Shown here piece by piece: positions 1 to 9,725 of a DNA stretch of 64,000 nucleotides. Made by a program: the position numbers and the translations under genes. Location: contig JAOPXP010000093.1 of assembly GCA_025965085.1 (NCBI GenBank), positions 414 through 64,413 of the forward strand, given 5' to 3'. Below the pieces are notes generated by a model. That model made no database searches. It worked only from the letters and a program-made list of their open reading frames with translations, and had not been told where the DNA came from. The stretch's first letter is position 1; every line of letters starts with the position of its first letter. The stretch is from Marmoricola sp. GTDB taxonomy: Bacteria; Actinomycetota; Actinomycetes; Propionibacteriales; Nocardioidaceae.

Positions 1-1
1 C

Positions 2-370
2 GTTGCCGGCCGTGAGGCGTTCGGCTCCCGGTTGAGCGACCTGGGAATGATCCAGCAGCTCATCGCGGACAACGAGATCGACCTCGCTGCGTCGCGAGCC
101 CTCCTGATGCGGGCCTGCGCCGAGCTCGACAGTGGCGGCCGGGCCTCCGGGGCGACATCGATCGCGAAGACGTTCGCCGCCGAGGCGCTCGACCGCGTCG
201 CCGATCGTGCCACGCAGATGTGCGGTGGGCTCGGCGTCGCCGAAGACCTCCCTGTCGCGAAGATCGCGCGTGAGCTGCGTCCGTTCCGCATCTACGACGG
301 ACCCTCCGAGGTCCACCGCTGGTCGATCGCGAAGCGCGCGGTCCGAACCATCACCCGGGACGCGCCATGA
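2..370 (+). CDS. Acyl-CoA dehydrogenase, C-terminal part (runs off the window start)
   Basis: Frame open from base 2; ACAD C-terminal motifs 'SIAKTFAAE', 'ATQMCGGLG', 'RIYDGPSEVH'. Confidence 0.9.
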   Translation, partial: VAGREAFGSRLSDLGMIQQLIADNEIDLAASRALLMRACAELDSGGRASGATSIAKTFAAEALDRVADRATQMCGGLGVAEDLPVAKIARELRPFRIYDGPSEVHRWSIAKRAVRTITRDAP

Positions 371-1386
371 GCAAGCTCACCCATGCCCAGCTGGGCGCCG
401 TGGCGGACCTGCTCACGGCCCAGGGAGCCGTTGTCCAGGGGGACCTCTCGGCCCGACTGATCGACGGCGGGCGGTCGAACCTGACGTATCTGCTCGAGGA
501 CGAGGAGTCACGCTGGGTGTTGCGACGCCCTCCGACTGCTGGCGCGACTCCGTCGGCGCACGACGTTGCACGGGAGTTCCGTGTGACGTCCGCACTGGAG
601 GGGGCGGGGGTCCCGGTCCCGCCCAGCGTCCTGTTGTGCCAGGACGACGCGATCCTGGGGGCGCCGTTCACGGTCGTCGCGTTCGTGGAGGGCTCATCGC
701 TTCGTACCCGCGCGGACGTCGACGCTCTCGACGAGTCCCTGCTGAGGTCCAGCGTCGATGAGCTCGTCGCGACCCTTGCAGCCTTGCACTCGATCGACCA
801 CGAGGCGGTAGGGCTCTCCACGTTCGGGCGACCGGACGGCTACGCCGCGCGGCAGCTGCGCCGATGGTCGGGTCAGTGGGAGATCGTCGGCAGGGACGAC
901 AGTGGCCGCGCCGAGGCGCTGGCCGATCGACTGCATGGTGCGGTCCCCGACCAGCCACACACCGCGGTCGTGCATGGCGACTACCGCAGCGACAACACCT
1001 TGGTGGACCTCGGTGACGGCGGGCGGGTCAAGGCGATCGTCGACTGGGAGCTCTCGACCATCGGTGACCCCGTGGCCGACGTCGCCCTCATGTGCGCCTA
1101 TCGTCACCCGGCCCTCGACATGATCCTGGGGTTCCCCAGCGCATGGACGAGCTCTCGACTACCCGACGTGGCGGACCTCGCATCCGCTTACGAGAGGGCC
1201 GGCGGTGTGCGGCTCGACCACTGGGAGTTCCACCAGGCACTCGCGTTCTACAAGCTCGCCGTCATCGCCGCGGGGATCGATCACCGATACCGCGCCGGCG
1301 GAACCGTGGGCGACGGATTCCAGACCGCGGGCGCCGCGGTCGCCGAGCTCATCGATGCCGGCCTGAACATCCTGGAGACGACATGA
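367..1386 (+). CDS. Phosphotransferase family protein (APH / ACAD10-kinase-like)
   Basis: 'GGRSNLTY', 'LRRPP', Brenner motif 'HGDYRSDN', 'DWELST'; ATGA overlap with the upstream gene. Confidence 0.9.
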   Translation: MSKLTHAQLGAVADLLTAQGAVVQGDLSARLIDGGRSNLTYLLEDEESRWVLRRPPTAGATPSAHDVAREFRVTSALEGAGVPVPPSVLLCQDDAILGAPFTVVAFVEGSSLRTRADVDALDESLLRSSVDELVATLAALHSIDHEAVGLSTFGRPDGYAARQLRRWSGQWEIVGRDDSGRAEALADRLHGAVPDQPHTAVVHGDYRSDNTLVDLGDGGRVKAIVDWELSTIGDPVADVALMCAYRHPALDMILGFPSAWTSSRLPDVADLASAYERAGGVRLDHWEFHQALAFYKLAVIAAGIDHRYRAGGTVGDGFQTAGAAVAELIDAGLNILETT

Positions 1387-2129
1387 CCACCGCCAAGCGC
1401 AGCGCCCTGGTGACGGGGGCCACGCGCGGCATCGGCCGCGGAATCGCCGAGCGCCTCGCCGTCGACGGGTTCGACCTCACGATCTCGGCGCGCGATCCCG
1501 AGGCGCTGGCGGCCACTGCGGACCACCTTCGCAGCCTCGGCGGCGTCACAGTCGTTGCCCGAGCAGGTGAGCTCGGCGAGCCAGACGACATCACCGCCGT
1601 GGTGGAAGCACACCGCATGGCTCACGGCGACCTGTCCGTTCTGGTCCTCAACGCGGGCGTCGGCAGTCTTGGGAAGATCGGTGACATCCCCATGCACCGC
1701 TTCCAAAGGCTCGTCGATCTCAATCTGCGTGCGCCATTGCTCTATCTCCAGGCCGCGCTTCCGCTCCTCCGGGCGGCCGCTGAGTCCGACCCTCGACATG
1801 GTGCGAAGGTCATTGCGATGTCCTCGATCACCGGTGTGTACGCCGAGCCCCAGCTCGCCGTCTACGGAGCGACCAAAGCTGCTCTGGGGATGCTCATCGA
1901 GACCCTCAACATCGAACAGGGATCCTCCGGGATCACGGGGACCGCCATCGCTCCGGGGTACGTCGACACCGATCTGGCCGCATGGAAGCACGACGACCTG
2001 TCCCCGGACTCGATGATGCCGGTCAGTGATGTCGCCGAGCTCGTAGGCTCCCTCGTAGCGATGAGCCGTCGGACCATGGTGGGTCAGGTCGTGATGGCCA
2101 GGTCAAGCAGCGATGGACGCCGGGCCTAG
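1383..2129 (+). CDS. Short-chain dehydrogenase/reductase (SDR)
   Basis: Start taken at the ATGA overlap (MTTAKRS); 'TGATRGIG', 'NAG', catalytic 'YGATK'. Confidence 0.9.
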   Translation: MTTAKRSALVTGATRGIGRGIAERLAVDGFDLTISARDPEALAATADHLRSLGGVTVVARAGELGEPDDITAVVEAHRMAHGDLSVLVLNAGVGSLGKIGDIPMHRFQRLVDLNLRAPLLYLQAALPLLRAAAESDPRHGAKVIAMSSITGVYAEPQLAVYGATKAALGMLIETLNIEQGSSGITGTAIAPGYVDTDLAAWKHDDLSPDSMMPVSDVAELVGSLVAMSRRTMVGQVVMARSSSDGRRA

Positions 2130-2199
2130 GCCGCTGCAGCCGAGACTCGAGGTAGGTGGCGTGGCCTGACCCTCGACCGCACACCGGCGTACAGGGTCT

Positions 2200-2230
2200 C
2201 CGTCGCTCCCGTCGCTCCCGTCGCTCCCGT
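2200..2230. repeat. 9-bp tandem repeat (CCGTCGCTC)x3.4 between convergent genes
   Basis: Read directly: ccgtcgctc ccgtcgctc ccgtcgctc ccgt. Confidence 0.85.
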
Positions 2231-2290
2231 GCCGACACCGCAACTCGACGAACACCTTCGGCCTCACGGGACATCGCGCCCGCAGAGCCG

Positions 2291-3442
2291 TCAGGTGTCC
2301 TCGCCCGGCTTCGGCGGAAGCGGGAAGCGCAGCTCGGCGGCGACGACGTGGTCCTGCAGGGGGGTCTCGGCGTAGACGTGCTCCACGGTGCCGCCGGCGT
2401 CGATCACGGCCTCGGCCAGCTCGTCCAGCACGTCGCTGGTCTTGCGCGTCGGTTGCGCACAGACGAGGCAGGTGTCGCCGCTCTCGGCCAGCCACCCCGA
2501 CTCGTCACACACCACGCCGGGGACGACGGTGTCGTCGTGGACCAGGAGTCGCTGGACCGCAGCGACCGAGGCGGCCCACAGGCAGCGCTCCGCCCCGACG
2601 GCGGCGAGGCCGCCCATTGCCTCCTTCTCCAGGGTGGCGGCCACCCACCGCCGCTCCTCGTCCCGCTCGTAGCGGTCGACGATCTCCTCGGCGCTCGCGC
2701 GGACGTCCGCGACGGACGCGCCGCCCGGGTCGATGGTGAACGTCCCGGCCACGCACGCGCGTAGCCGGTGCGACAGGTTTGCCTCGAGGGCCGCGATCTC
2801 GTGCTCGTGGCCACCCACCACCAGGAGCTCGAACCGCCCGTTTCGGTAGAGGCTGTCGAGGAAGCCGGCCACCTGACGGAAGTGCCTCCGGAGCCCCTCG
2901 GACTCGTTCCTGTCGCGCTCCTCCTTGCCGTAGCGGTCGGTGTACTCGGGCTTGCGCAGCGACCTGTCGAGGACCTCGCTCGTCCCCTTGATCTCGCCCT
3001 GGTGGAGCTCCCACGTGCGGGCCGTCGCGCCGTCCACGACCAGGACGCAGGTGCGGTGGAACTCGTCCAGCACCGCCAGCATGGGCCGCACCCAAGGAGT
3101 CGCATCCACCATGACCCGGTCGCGCACCCGGCGCGGCAGCTCGACCTGCTCGTAGAAGCCGCGACCGCTGCAGGAGAAGATTGCCACCGCCCCCGGCTTC
3201 ACCGGTTCGTCGCGCAACTCGGCCTCGATCCGCTCCAGGTCCTCGCGCAGCGAGAGCCGGGCCTCGCGACCCAGCGAGGAGTCCTCGGTCATCGGCCGGA
3301 TCTCGTGCAGCAGGCTGGAGGCGCGGCTGGCCAGCGAGCGCAGGTCCCGCCGATCGGGGTCGCGCCCCAGGTACAGCGACACGACAGACAGTCCGGCGCC
3401 GTCGAAATGGGTGATCTGGTCGATCGTCTCTCCTGAGATCAT
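2291..3442 (-). CDS. Bacterial eRF1/pelota-like protein (baeRF family 10-like), no GGQ
   Basis: Start MISGET after a GGAGAG RBS; three-part eRF1 layout: N-domain 'VVSLYL', RNase-H-like 'CVLVVDGATAR...LLVVGG', C-terminal L7Ae-like 'GLAAVG...AVQRLLV...DVLDELAEAVIDAGGTVEHV' with a CxxC insertion. Confidence 0.75.
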   Translation of the reverse strand: MISGETIDQITHFDGAGLSVVSLYLGRDPDRRDLRSLASRASSLLHEIRPMTEDSSLGREARLSLREDLERIEAELRDEPVKPGAVAIFSCSGRGFYEQVELPRRVRDRVMVDATPWVRPMLAVLDEFHRTCVLVVDGATARTWELHQGEIKGTSEVLDRSLRKPEYTDRYGKEERDRNESEGLRRHFRQVAGFLDSLYRNGRFELLVVGGHEHEIAALEANLSHRLRACVAGTFTIDPGGASVADVRASAEEIVDRYERDEERRWVAATLEKEAMGGLAAVGAERCLWAASVAAVQRLLVHDDTVVPGVVCDESGWLAESGDTCLVCAQPTRKTSDVLDELAEAVIDAGGTVEHVYAETPLQDHVVAAELRFPLPPKPGEDT

Positions 3443-3600
3443 CTGTTCTCTCCTCGCCCAGCCGGGGACGCCCGAGGGTCGAGGCGGATGCCGGAACTCG
3501 CGCACGTCGGCCTTGCCATCCTCCGCGGGTTGCCTGCGGCCCGCATCCCAGAAGTGGGGGATGTTCCAGTCCCGGATGCGCCCGCTGTCAGGCCAGACGG

Positions 3601-4779
3601 TCAGGCCGGGACCTCGATCGCCGGGGCCGACGTCACGGTCCGTACGACGGCCTCCTGGACCCGGAGGTTGCGCAGACCGTCCGCGAACGTCGCCGGGCGC
3701 GGTAGCCGTGTGAGTCCGCAGATCTCGTCGAGGAAGGCACGCGCCTGGTAGGTGAAGAACTCCTGGCCGCCGTGCCCCACACCGGGGAACGGCATGGACT
3801 GCGCGGCCGCCACGTAGGGATGGTCAGGACCGACGACGACGCGACGCCAGCCGTTGGTGACCGGGTCGGGGGTGCTGTCCACGAAGCCGAACTCGGAGTT
3901 GCGGGAGAGGTCGAACCGGGCAGCGCCCCTGGTGCCGAACACCTCGAAGCCGAGGTCGTTGGGGTGCCCGTGGGCCACCCGGGAGATCGAGAACGACCCG
4001 GCGGCACCGGACGCGAACTCGACCACGAAGTCCGCGACGTCCTCGTTGGTGACCCGTGCGCGCTCGTCGCTGACGGTCACTCCGGCGGCGTGCCCGAGGA
4101 CGGCTTCCTGCGGAACAGGACGGTCCGGGATCACGGTCGGCAAGGCCGCCCCTCGAACGGAGCGGATCGGGCCGCACAGCTGCTCGGCCATGTCGATCAG
4201 GTGGCTGCCGAGGTCGGCGAGCGCGCCGGAGCCCAAGCGTCCGGTGTACCGCCAGCTGCTCGGAGCGTCGGGGTCGGCAGCGTAGTCACACCAGTACTTC
4301 CCGTCGAACGAGATGACCTCACCCAGTGCCCCGTTGCGGAGCTGTTCGCCGATGGCGCTCATCGCAGGGGAGCGGCGGTAGGAGAAGCCGCACGCCGCCA
4401 CGGTGCCAGCCGCGTCGGCGGCCTTCACCATCGCCTCCGCGTCCTCGACGTTCGAAGCCAGGGGCTTCTCGCAGAGCACGTGCTTGCCCGAGGCCAGCAT
4501 CGCCTCGGCGATCTCACGGTGGAGGTCGTTGGCGACGACGATGCTGACGGCGTCGACGTCCGTGGCCTCGGCCAATGCCGTCCAGCTCCTTTCGGCCCGC
4601 TCGAAGCCGTAGCGCTCGGCGGCATGGCGCGCGAACTCCTCGTTGATGTCGGCGACCGCCACCAGTCGTACGGGCGGTGCGTCCACGCCGAAGACCGTCT
4701 GGGCGTTGCGGTAGGCGTGGGCGTGGGAGCGGCCGGCCATGCCGGCCCCGATCACGGCCACGCCGATGGAGTCCCTCAT
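3601..4779 (-). CDS. Gfo/Idh/MocA family oxidoreductase (inositol/sugar dehydrogenase-like)
   Basis: 'VIGAGMAG', 'CEKP', 'GALADLGSH'. Confidence 0.9.
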   Translation of the reverse strand: MRDSIGVAVIGAGMAGRSHAHAYRNAQTVFGVDAPPVRLVAVADINEEFARHAAERYGFERAERSWTALAEATDVDAVSIVVANDLHREIAEAMLASGKHVLCEKPLASNVEDAEAMVKAADAAGTVAACGFSYRRSPAMSAIGEQLRNGALGEVISFDGKYWCDYAADPDAPSSWRYTGRLGSGALADLGSHLIDMAEQLCGPIRSVRGAALPTVIPDRPVPQEAVLGHAAGVTVSDERARVTNEDVADFVVEFASGAAGSFSISRVAHGHPNDLGFEVFGTRGAARFDLSRNSEFGFVDSTPDPVTNGWRRVVVGPDHPYVAAAQSMPFPGVGHGGQEFFTYQARAFLDEICGLTRLPRPATFADGLRNLRVQEAVVRTVTSAPAIEVPA

Positions 4780-5792
4780 GCCGGCTCTCCTTCGTCCGTG
4801 GCCGTGCGCCCGGCCGCCTGCAGCAGCGTCCGGGCGGCGTACCGCAGCCCTTCCAGCTGGTCGAGCTCCCGGTCCTCGTGCTCGATGTTGACCGCCATGT
4901 CGGGGTCGACCTCATCGAGCGCCTGCAGGAAGCCGGTCCACCAGGTGACGTCGTGCCCGCGACCCACCGCGACGAAGTCCCACGAGGAGCTCTTGGGCCA
5001 CCCGCTCAAGGAGTGCGGGCCGCCGAGACTGAGCCACTGCGGGTCGTCGGGTGCCACGAGGGTGAAGCTGTCGTCCAGATTCCCGTTGACCTTCGACAGC
5101 GGGTTGATGCGGGTGTCCTTGGCTGCGGCGTTGAAGACGAGCGAGCCCAGCGACCGCACGGCCTCGGTGGGGTCGATCCCCTGCCAGAAGAGGTGGCTGG
5201 GGTCCATCTCCGCGCCGACGTGGGTGGAGCCGATCTCCGTGGCGAGCCGCTCCATCGTCCGCGGGTTGAAGACCACGTTGCCCGGGTGCATCTCGAGGCA
5301 CACCTTGACGTCGTGGTCGGCGGCGAAGGACTGCACCTTCCTCCAGAACGGGATGGCCACCTCGTTCCACTGGTAGTCCTGGATCCGTAGGAAGGCGCTG
5401 TGCCACGGTACGACGTTCCACACCGGCAGCGTCGAGGTCGGCTCCGACCCCGGTGTGCCGGACATCGCGACCACGCGCCCGACCCCCAGAAGGGCCGCGA
5501 CCTCGATCGAGGTGTAGATGTCCTGCGCCTGCTTCTCGCCCTCGGGATCGGGGTCGAGGGGGTTTCCGTTGCAGTTCAGAGCCGTGAGCGTCATCCCCGC
5601 CTCGTGGAAGAGGCCGAGATAGTCCGAGCGGGCGGTCTCGCTCGAGCGGAGGTCTGCGATCGGCAGGTGCACGGCCGGGAGGAAGCCGCCGGAGTTGACC
5701 TCCGCACTGTCGAGGCCAAGGCCCGCCATGATGCGCAGGGCGTCGGGGAGTGGCTTGTCGTGGAGGCACGCGGTGTAGGCGCCGAGGAACAT
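4776..5792 (-). CDS. Sugar phosphate isomerase/epimerase (xylose-isomerase-like TIM barrel)
   Basis: Start MFLGAYT after a GAGGTG RBS; 'CLEMHP', 'EMDPSH', 'AAKD', 'NIEHED' metal-ligand pattern. Confidence 0.85.
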   Translation of the reverse strand: MFLGAYTACLHDKPLPDALRIMAGLGLDSAEVNSGGFLPAVHLPIADLRSSETARSDYLGLFHEAGMTLTALNCNGNPLDPDPEGEKQAQDIYTSIEVAALLGVGRVVAMSGTPGSEPTSTLPVWNVVPWHSAFLRIQDYQWNEVAIPFWRKVQSFAADHDVKVCLEMHPGNVVFNPRTMERLATEIGSTHVGAEMDPSHLFWQGIDPTEAVRSLGSLVFNAAAKDTRINPLSKVNGNLDDSFTLVAPDDPQWLSLGGPHSLSGWPKSSSWDFVAVGRGHDVTWWTGFLQALDEVDPDMAVNIEHEDRELDQLEGLRYAARTLLQAAGRTATDEGEPA

Positions 5793-5806
5793 CGGACTCA
5801 CCTCAT

Positions 5807-5833
5807 CTAGAACGTTATAGTAGAACGATCTAG
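5807..5833. promoter_or_regulatory. Two tandem LacI-type operator-like palindromes
   Basis: CTAGAACGTTATAG (5807-5820) and TAGAACGATCTAG (5821-5833), each one mismatch from TAGAACGTTCTA, between the divergent lacI and isomerase genes. Confidence 0.7.
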
Positions 5834-5893
5834 AGTACAGTCGCGCGTGCACTGCTCCGGTGTCAAGGGGTCCGGCGAGAAGGGTGGCTGAAC

Positions 5894-6958
5894 ATGACTG
5901 ATCCGCGGGGGAGACCCAGTGCGCCGACGATGCGTGACGTGGCGGGTGCGGCCGGCGTGTCCACGGCGCTCGTGTCGATCGTGTTCCGCGGCGTGCCCGG
6001 TGCCAGCGATGAGACGCGGGCACGGGTGCTCGCCGTGGCCAAGGAGCTGGGCTACGTCCCGAACCGCACCGCGAGCATGATGAAGCGCAGCCGTACCCGG
6101 CATCTCGGCGTGGCGATGAACGTGCGCAACGCCTTTCACGGCGAGATGGTGGAGGGCATTCAGGCTGCGGCCCAGGATGCGGGCTACGAGATCGTCCTGT
6201 CCGGAATCACCCAGAGCCACCCGGAGCTCCGCGCGGTCGAGACCCTGACGGAGTTCCGCTGCGAGTCGCTGATCCTGCTCGGATGCGACCTGTCGACCTC
6301 CGAGCTGCGCGTCGTCAGCAAGCGGGTCCCCGTGGTCCTGATCGGTCGGCGGGTCCGGCTGGACGCGGTCGACATCGTTCGCTCCGCCGACCACCGGGGG
6401 ATGGCGCTCCTCGTCGACCACCTGGTGGGCCTGGGGCACACCGCCATCGCCCACGTCGACGGCGGGGACCACCCGATCGCGGCGGAGCGCGGCCGTGGTT
6501 ATCGGGCTGCGATGCGCAGGCACGGCCTTGCTCCGGTGGCGCGCGTGCAGGCCGGCGGCGGGACCGAGCAGGACGGTCAACGCGCCGCGGCCCGTCTGCT
6601 GGCGCTCGACGTGCTGCCCACAGCGGTGTCCGCCTTCAACGACCACTGCGCGCTGGGGATCATCGACGCGCTGACGAAGGCTGGGGTGCGGGTCCCGGAG
6701 GACTGCTCGGTCACCGGTTACGACAACTCATCGTTCGCCGAGCTGGCGACCGTGAACCTGACGACCGTCAGCCAGGAGGCGTCCGTGCTCGCCGAGACCG
6801 CGGTGCGTACAGCGATCGCCCGGATCGAGAACCCGGACGCCGACCCGACCGACACGGTGCTGCAGCCCCGGCTGATGGTGCGCGGCAGCTCGGGACCCGC
6901 GCGGGCGGATCAGGTCGGGGCGGATCAGGGCGTGAGGAGGTCGATCTCGAAGGTGTAG
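5894..6958 (+). CDS. LacI family transcriptional regulator
   Basis: HTH 'TMRDVAGAAGVSTALVSIV', hinge 'YVPNRTA', sugar-binding domain 'GYDN'. Confidence 0.93.
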   Translation: MTDPRGRPSAPTMRDVAGAAGVSTALVSIVFRGVPGASDETRARVLAVAKELGYVPNRTASMMKRSRTRHLGVAMNVRNAFHGEMVEGIQAAAQDAGYEIVLSGITQSHPELRAVETLTEFRCESLILLGCDLSTSELRVVSKRVPVVLIGRRVRLDAVDIVRSADHRGMALLVDHLVGLGHTAIAHVDGGDHPIAAERGRGYRAAMRRHGLAPVARVQAGGGTEQDGQRAAARLLALDVLPTAVSAFNDHCALGIIDALTKAGVRVPEDCSVTGYDNSSFAELATVNLTTVSQEASVLAETAVRTAIARIENPDADPTDTVLQPRLMVRGSSGPARADQVGADQGVRRSISKV

Positions 6959-7686
6959 CGGCTGGCCGCGTAGAGGTGGGTGCCGAACTCCACCGCGGTC
7001 CCGTGGTCGTCGTACGTCGTGCGCTGCATCGTCAGCAGGGCGGCGTTCCGCGACTCGCCCAGCTGGCGTGCCTCGGCGCCGGTGGCGTTGCGGGCGCCCA
7101 CGCTCTGGGAGGCGCTGTGCAGATGGATGCCGCGTGCCCGCATCAGCTCGTAGAGGCCGTGCTCCTCGAGGTCCTCCTCGGAGAGCTCCCCGACGCTCTG
7201 GGGGAGGAAGTTGGTGAGCTTGGCAATGGGCTTGCCGCGGGCGCTGCGCAGGCGGACGACCCGCATCACCTCGGTGCCGACCGGGATGTGCAGGCGCTCG
7301 GCGACTGCGCTGTCGCTCGGCATGGTGCCCAGCTCCAGGACCGCGGTCGTCGGGGACTGTCCGAACCCAGCGAGGTCGTCGTAGAGGCTGGTCAGCTCGA
7401 GGGGCCGACGCACCTTGGGTTGTACGACGCGGGTCCCGATGCCCCGTCGACGCACGATCAGGCCCTTGTCGACGAGGTCCTGCATCGCCCGGCGCATCGT
7501 GGGCCTGGAGAGGCCCAGCTCCTCGGCGAGCTGGATCTCGTTGCTGAACACGGTGCCGTTGGGTATCTTTCCCGATTCGATCGCGCTCTCGATGTGCTGG
7601 GAGACCTGGAAGTACAGCGGGATCGGGCTGGACCGGTCGACGCGAAAGCCCCGGAGGGTCGTGAGCTGGTCCACGGGTGCTGGCAT
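6925..7686 (-). CDS. GntR (HutC/UTRA) family regulator, IolR-like
   Basis: 'PIPLYFQV', 'NEIQLAEELGLSRPTMRRAM', 'RRRGIGT', UTRA C-terminus; adjacent to the iol cluster. Its 3' end overlaps lacI by 34 bp. Confidence 0.88.
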   Translation of the reverse strand: MPAPVDQLTTLRGFRVDRSSPIPLYFQVSQHIESAIESGKIPNGTVFSNEIQLAEELGLSRPTMRRAMQDLVDKGLIVRRRGIGTRVVQPKVRRPLELTSLYDDLAGFGQSPTTAVLELGTMPSDSAVAERLHIPVGTEVMRVVRLRSARGKPIAKLTNFLPQSVGELSEEDLEEHGLYELMRARGIHLHSASQSVGARNATGAEARQLGESRNAALLTMQRTTYDDHGTAVEFGTHLYAASRYTFEIDLLTP

Positions 7687-7705
7687 AGAGGTCACAAAAG
7701 TCAGT

Positions 7706-7719
7706 ATGTCAGAACCTAC
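7706..7719. promoter_or_regulatory. IolR-like box upstream of the gntR gene (autoregulation candidate)
   Basis: ATGTCAGAACCTAC resembles the boxes at 12124 and 12184; overlaps a minus-strand TAGGTT -10 candidate. Confidence 0.5.
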
Positions 7720-7742
7720 TCTCATCATGACCTACGAGTGGG

Positions 7743-8498
7743 TCAGAGCAGGAGCAGCGCGGCTGATCCGGCGCTGAACGCGAGCGTCACCACCTCGAAC
7801 TGGCGTTGCTGGAGACGCCGGACCAGCAAGATGCCGAGTCCTGCGCCGGCGAGGAGGGCCGGCACCAGCAGTGCGTCCCGGACGAGACTGGTCGGCGTGA
7901 TCAGGCCGAGCCCCGCGCTGAAAGGCACCTTGGCCAGGTTCACGACCAGGTAGAACCAGGCGCCCGTGCCGATCATCTGCAACATCGGCAGGCCCGCCCT
8001 GATCAGGTAGATGGTGGTCACCGGTCCCGCAGCATTGGCCGTCATCGTGGCGAAGCCGGCTGCGGCGCCCGTGCTGAGCGTGGTCAGGCCGTGCGGGCGC
8101 CGGGGCCCGGTGAGGGCAAGCTGCGCAGTGTGTGCACGCTGCCACAGCTGGATCCCGCACATGACCAGCAACGTCACGGCTATCGTCCGGCGCATCACCA
8201 CGTCGTCCACCACTGCCAGGAACCAGGCACCGAGGAGCAGGCCGGGAAGGACGCCGGGCACCAGACGCCACAGGGTGCCCCAGTCAGCGTGACGTCGGTA
8301 GCAGGCCACGGCAACGACGTCTCCGCACACGAGCAGCGGCAGGATGGCGCCTGTCGACTCACGCGCCGGCAGCACCGCGGCGAACATCACGACGGCGATG
8401 GAGCCGACTCCGCTGATCGCGGTCTTGGCCACCCCCACCAGCACTCCGGCGACCGCCAGCCAGACCCATGCCCCGAGCGAGAGCTCAATCGTTCCCAA
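7743..8498 (-). CDS. Sulfite exporter TauE/SafE (TSUP) family membrane protein
   Basis: Multiple TM segments; 'GVAKTAISGVG', 'LPLLVCGD', 'MTANAAGP', 'NLAKVPF'; TTG start uncertain. Confidence 0.85.
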   Translation of the reverse strand: MGTIELSLGAWVWLAVAGVLVGVAKTAISGVGSIAVVMFAAVLPARESTGAILPLLVCGDVVAVACYRRHADWGTLWRLVPGVLPGLLLGAWFLAVVDDVVMRRTIAVTLLVMCGIQLWQRAHTAQLALTGPRRPHGLTTLSTGAAAGFATMTANAAGPVTTIYLIRAGLPMLQMIGTGAWFYLVVNLAKVPFSAGLGLITPTSLVRDALLVPALLAGAGLGILLVRRLQQRQFEVVTLAFSAGSAALLLL

Positions 8499-8512
8499 CC
8501 CGCTGCCCGGCC

Positions 8513-8907
8513 CTAGGGCACCTTGACGACGAGCACCGGGAGGTTCGCCTGGAGGATGATCGTCTGCGCGACGCTGCCCAGCAAAGCCTTGCCCACCGGT
8601 GACCGGCGCCGGGCGCCGATGACGAGGAGGTCGGCACCCAGGCCCTCGCTGAGGGTCACGATCGCCTCGCCGACGTCCGCAGTCGCTGTCTGCAGGTGAA
8701 GCTCCCAGGTGACGCCGGTCTCCGTCCCGACTGCTCTCTCGATCTCGTCGGACACGCCGAGCCGGTAGGCCTCGGCGCGATCAGCGTCCAGCGACGAGTT
8801 CACCACGTGGAGCACCGCGAGGTCGGTCCCCCGGAGCTTGGCCTCCTGCACTGCCTGGGTCAGCGCGATCCGTGCGGTCGCCGAGACCTGGTGAGCAACA
8901 GCGACCG

Positions 8908-8911
<4 letters not shown>
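8513..8911 (-). CDS. Universal stress protein (USP)
   Basis: Start MTVAVA at an ATGA overlap; 'LLVIGARRRSPVGKALLGSVAQTII' USP motif. Confidence 0.9.
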
Positions 8912-9723
<812 letters not shown>

Positions 9724-9725
9724 GG

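Noticed and set aside
2130-2290. (CCGTCGCTC)x3 repeat and weak hairpin as a mobile or REP element
   Set aside because: No second copy seen, no terminal repeats; likely slippage in a convergent intergenic region
3443-3600. In-frame upstream extension of the baeRF ORF ('WPDSGRIRDWNIPHFW...')
   Set aside because: Looks protein-like but matches no family I recognise; a good RBS supports the 3442 start
5861-5866. TTGACA on the minus strand as the -35 of the isomerase promoter
   Set aside because: Nearest good -10 (TACTCT) is 23 bp away, outside normal spacing
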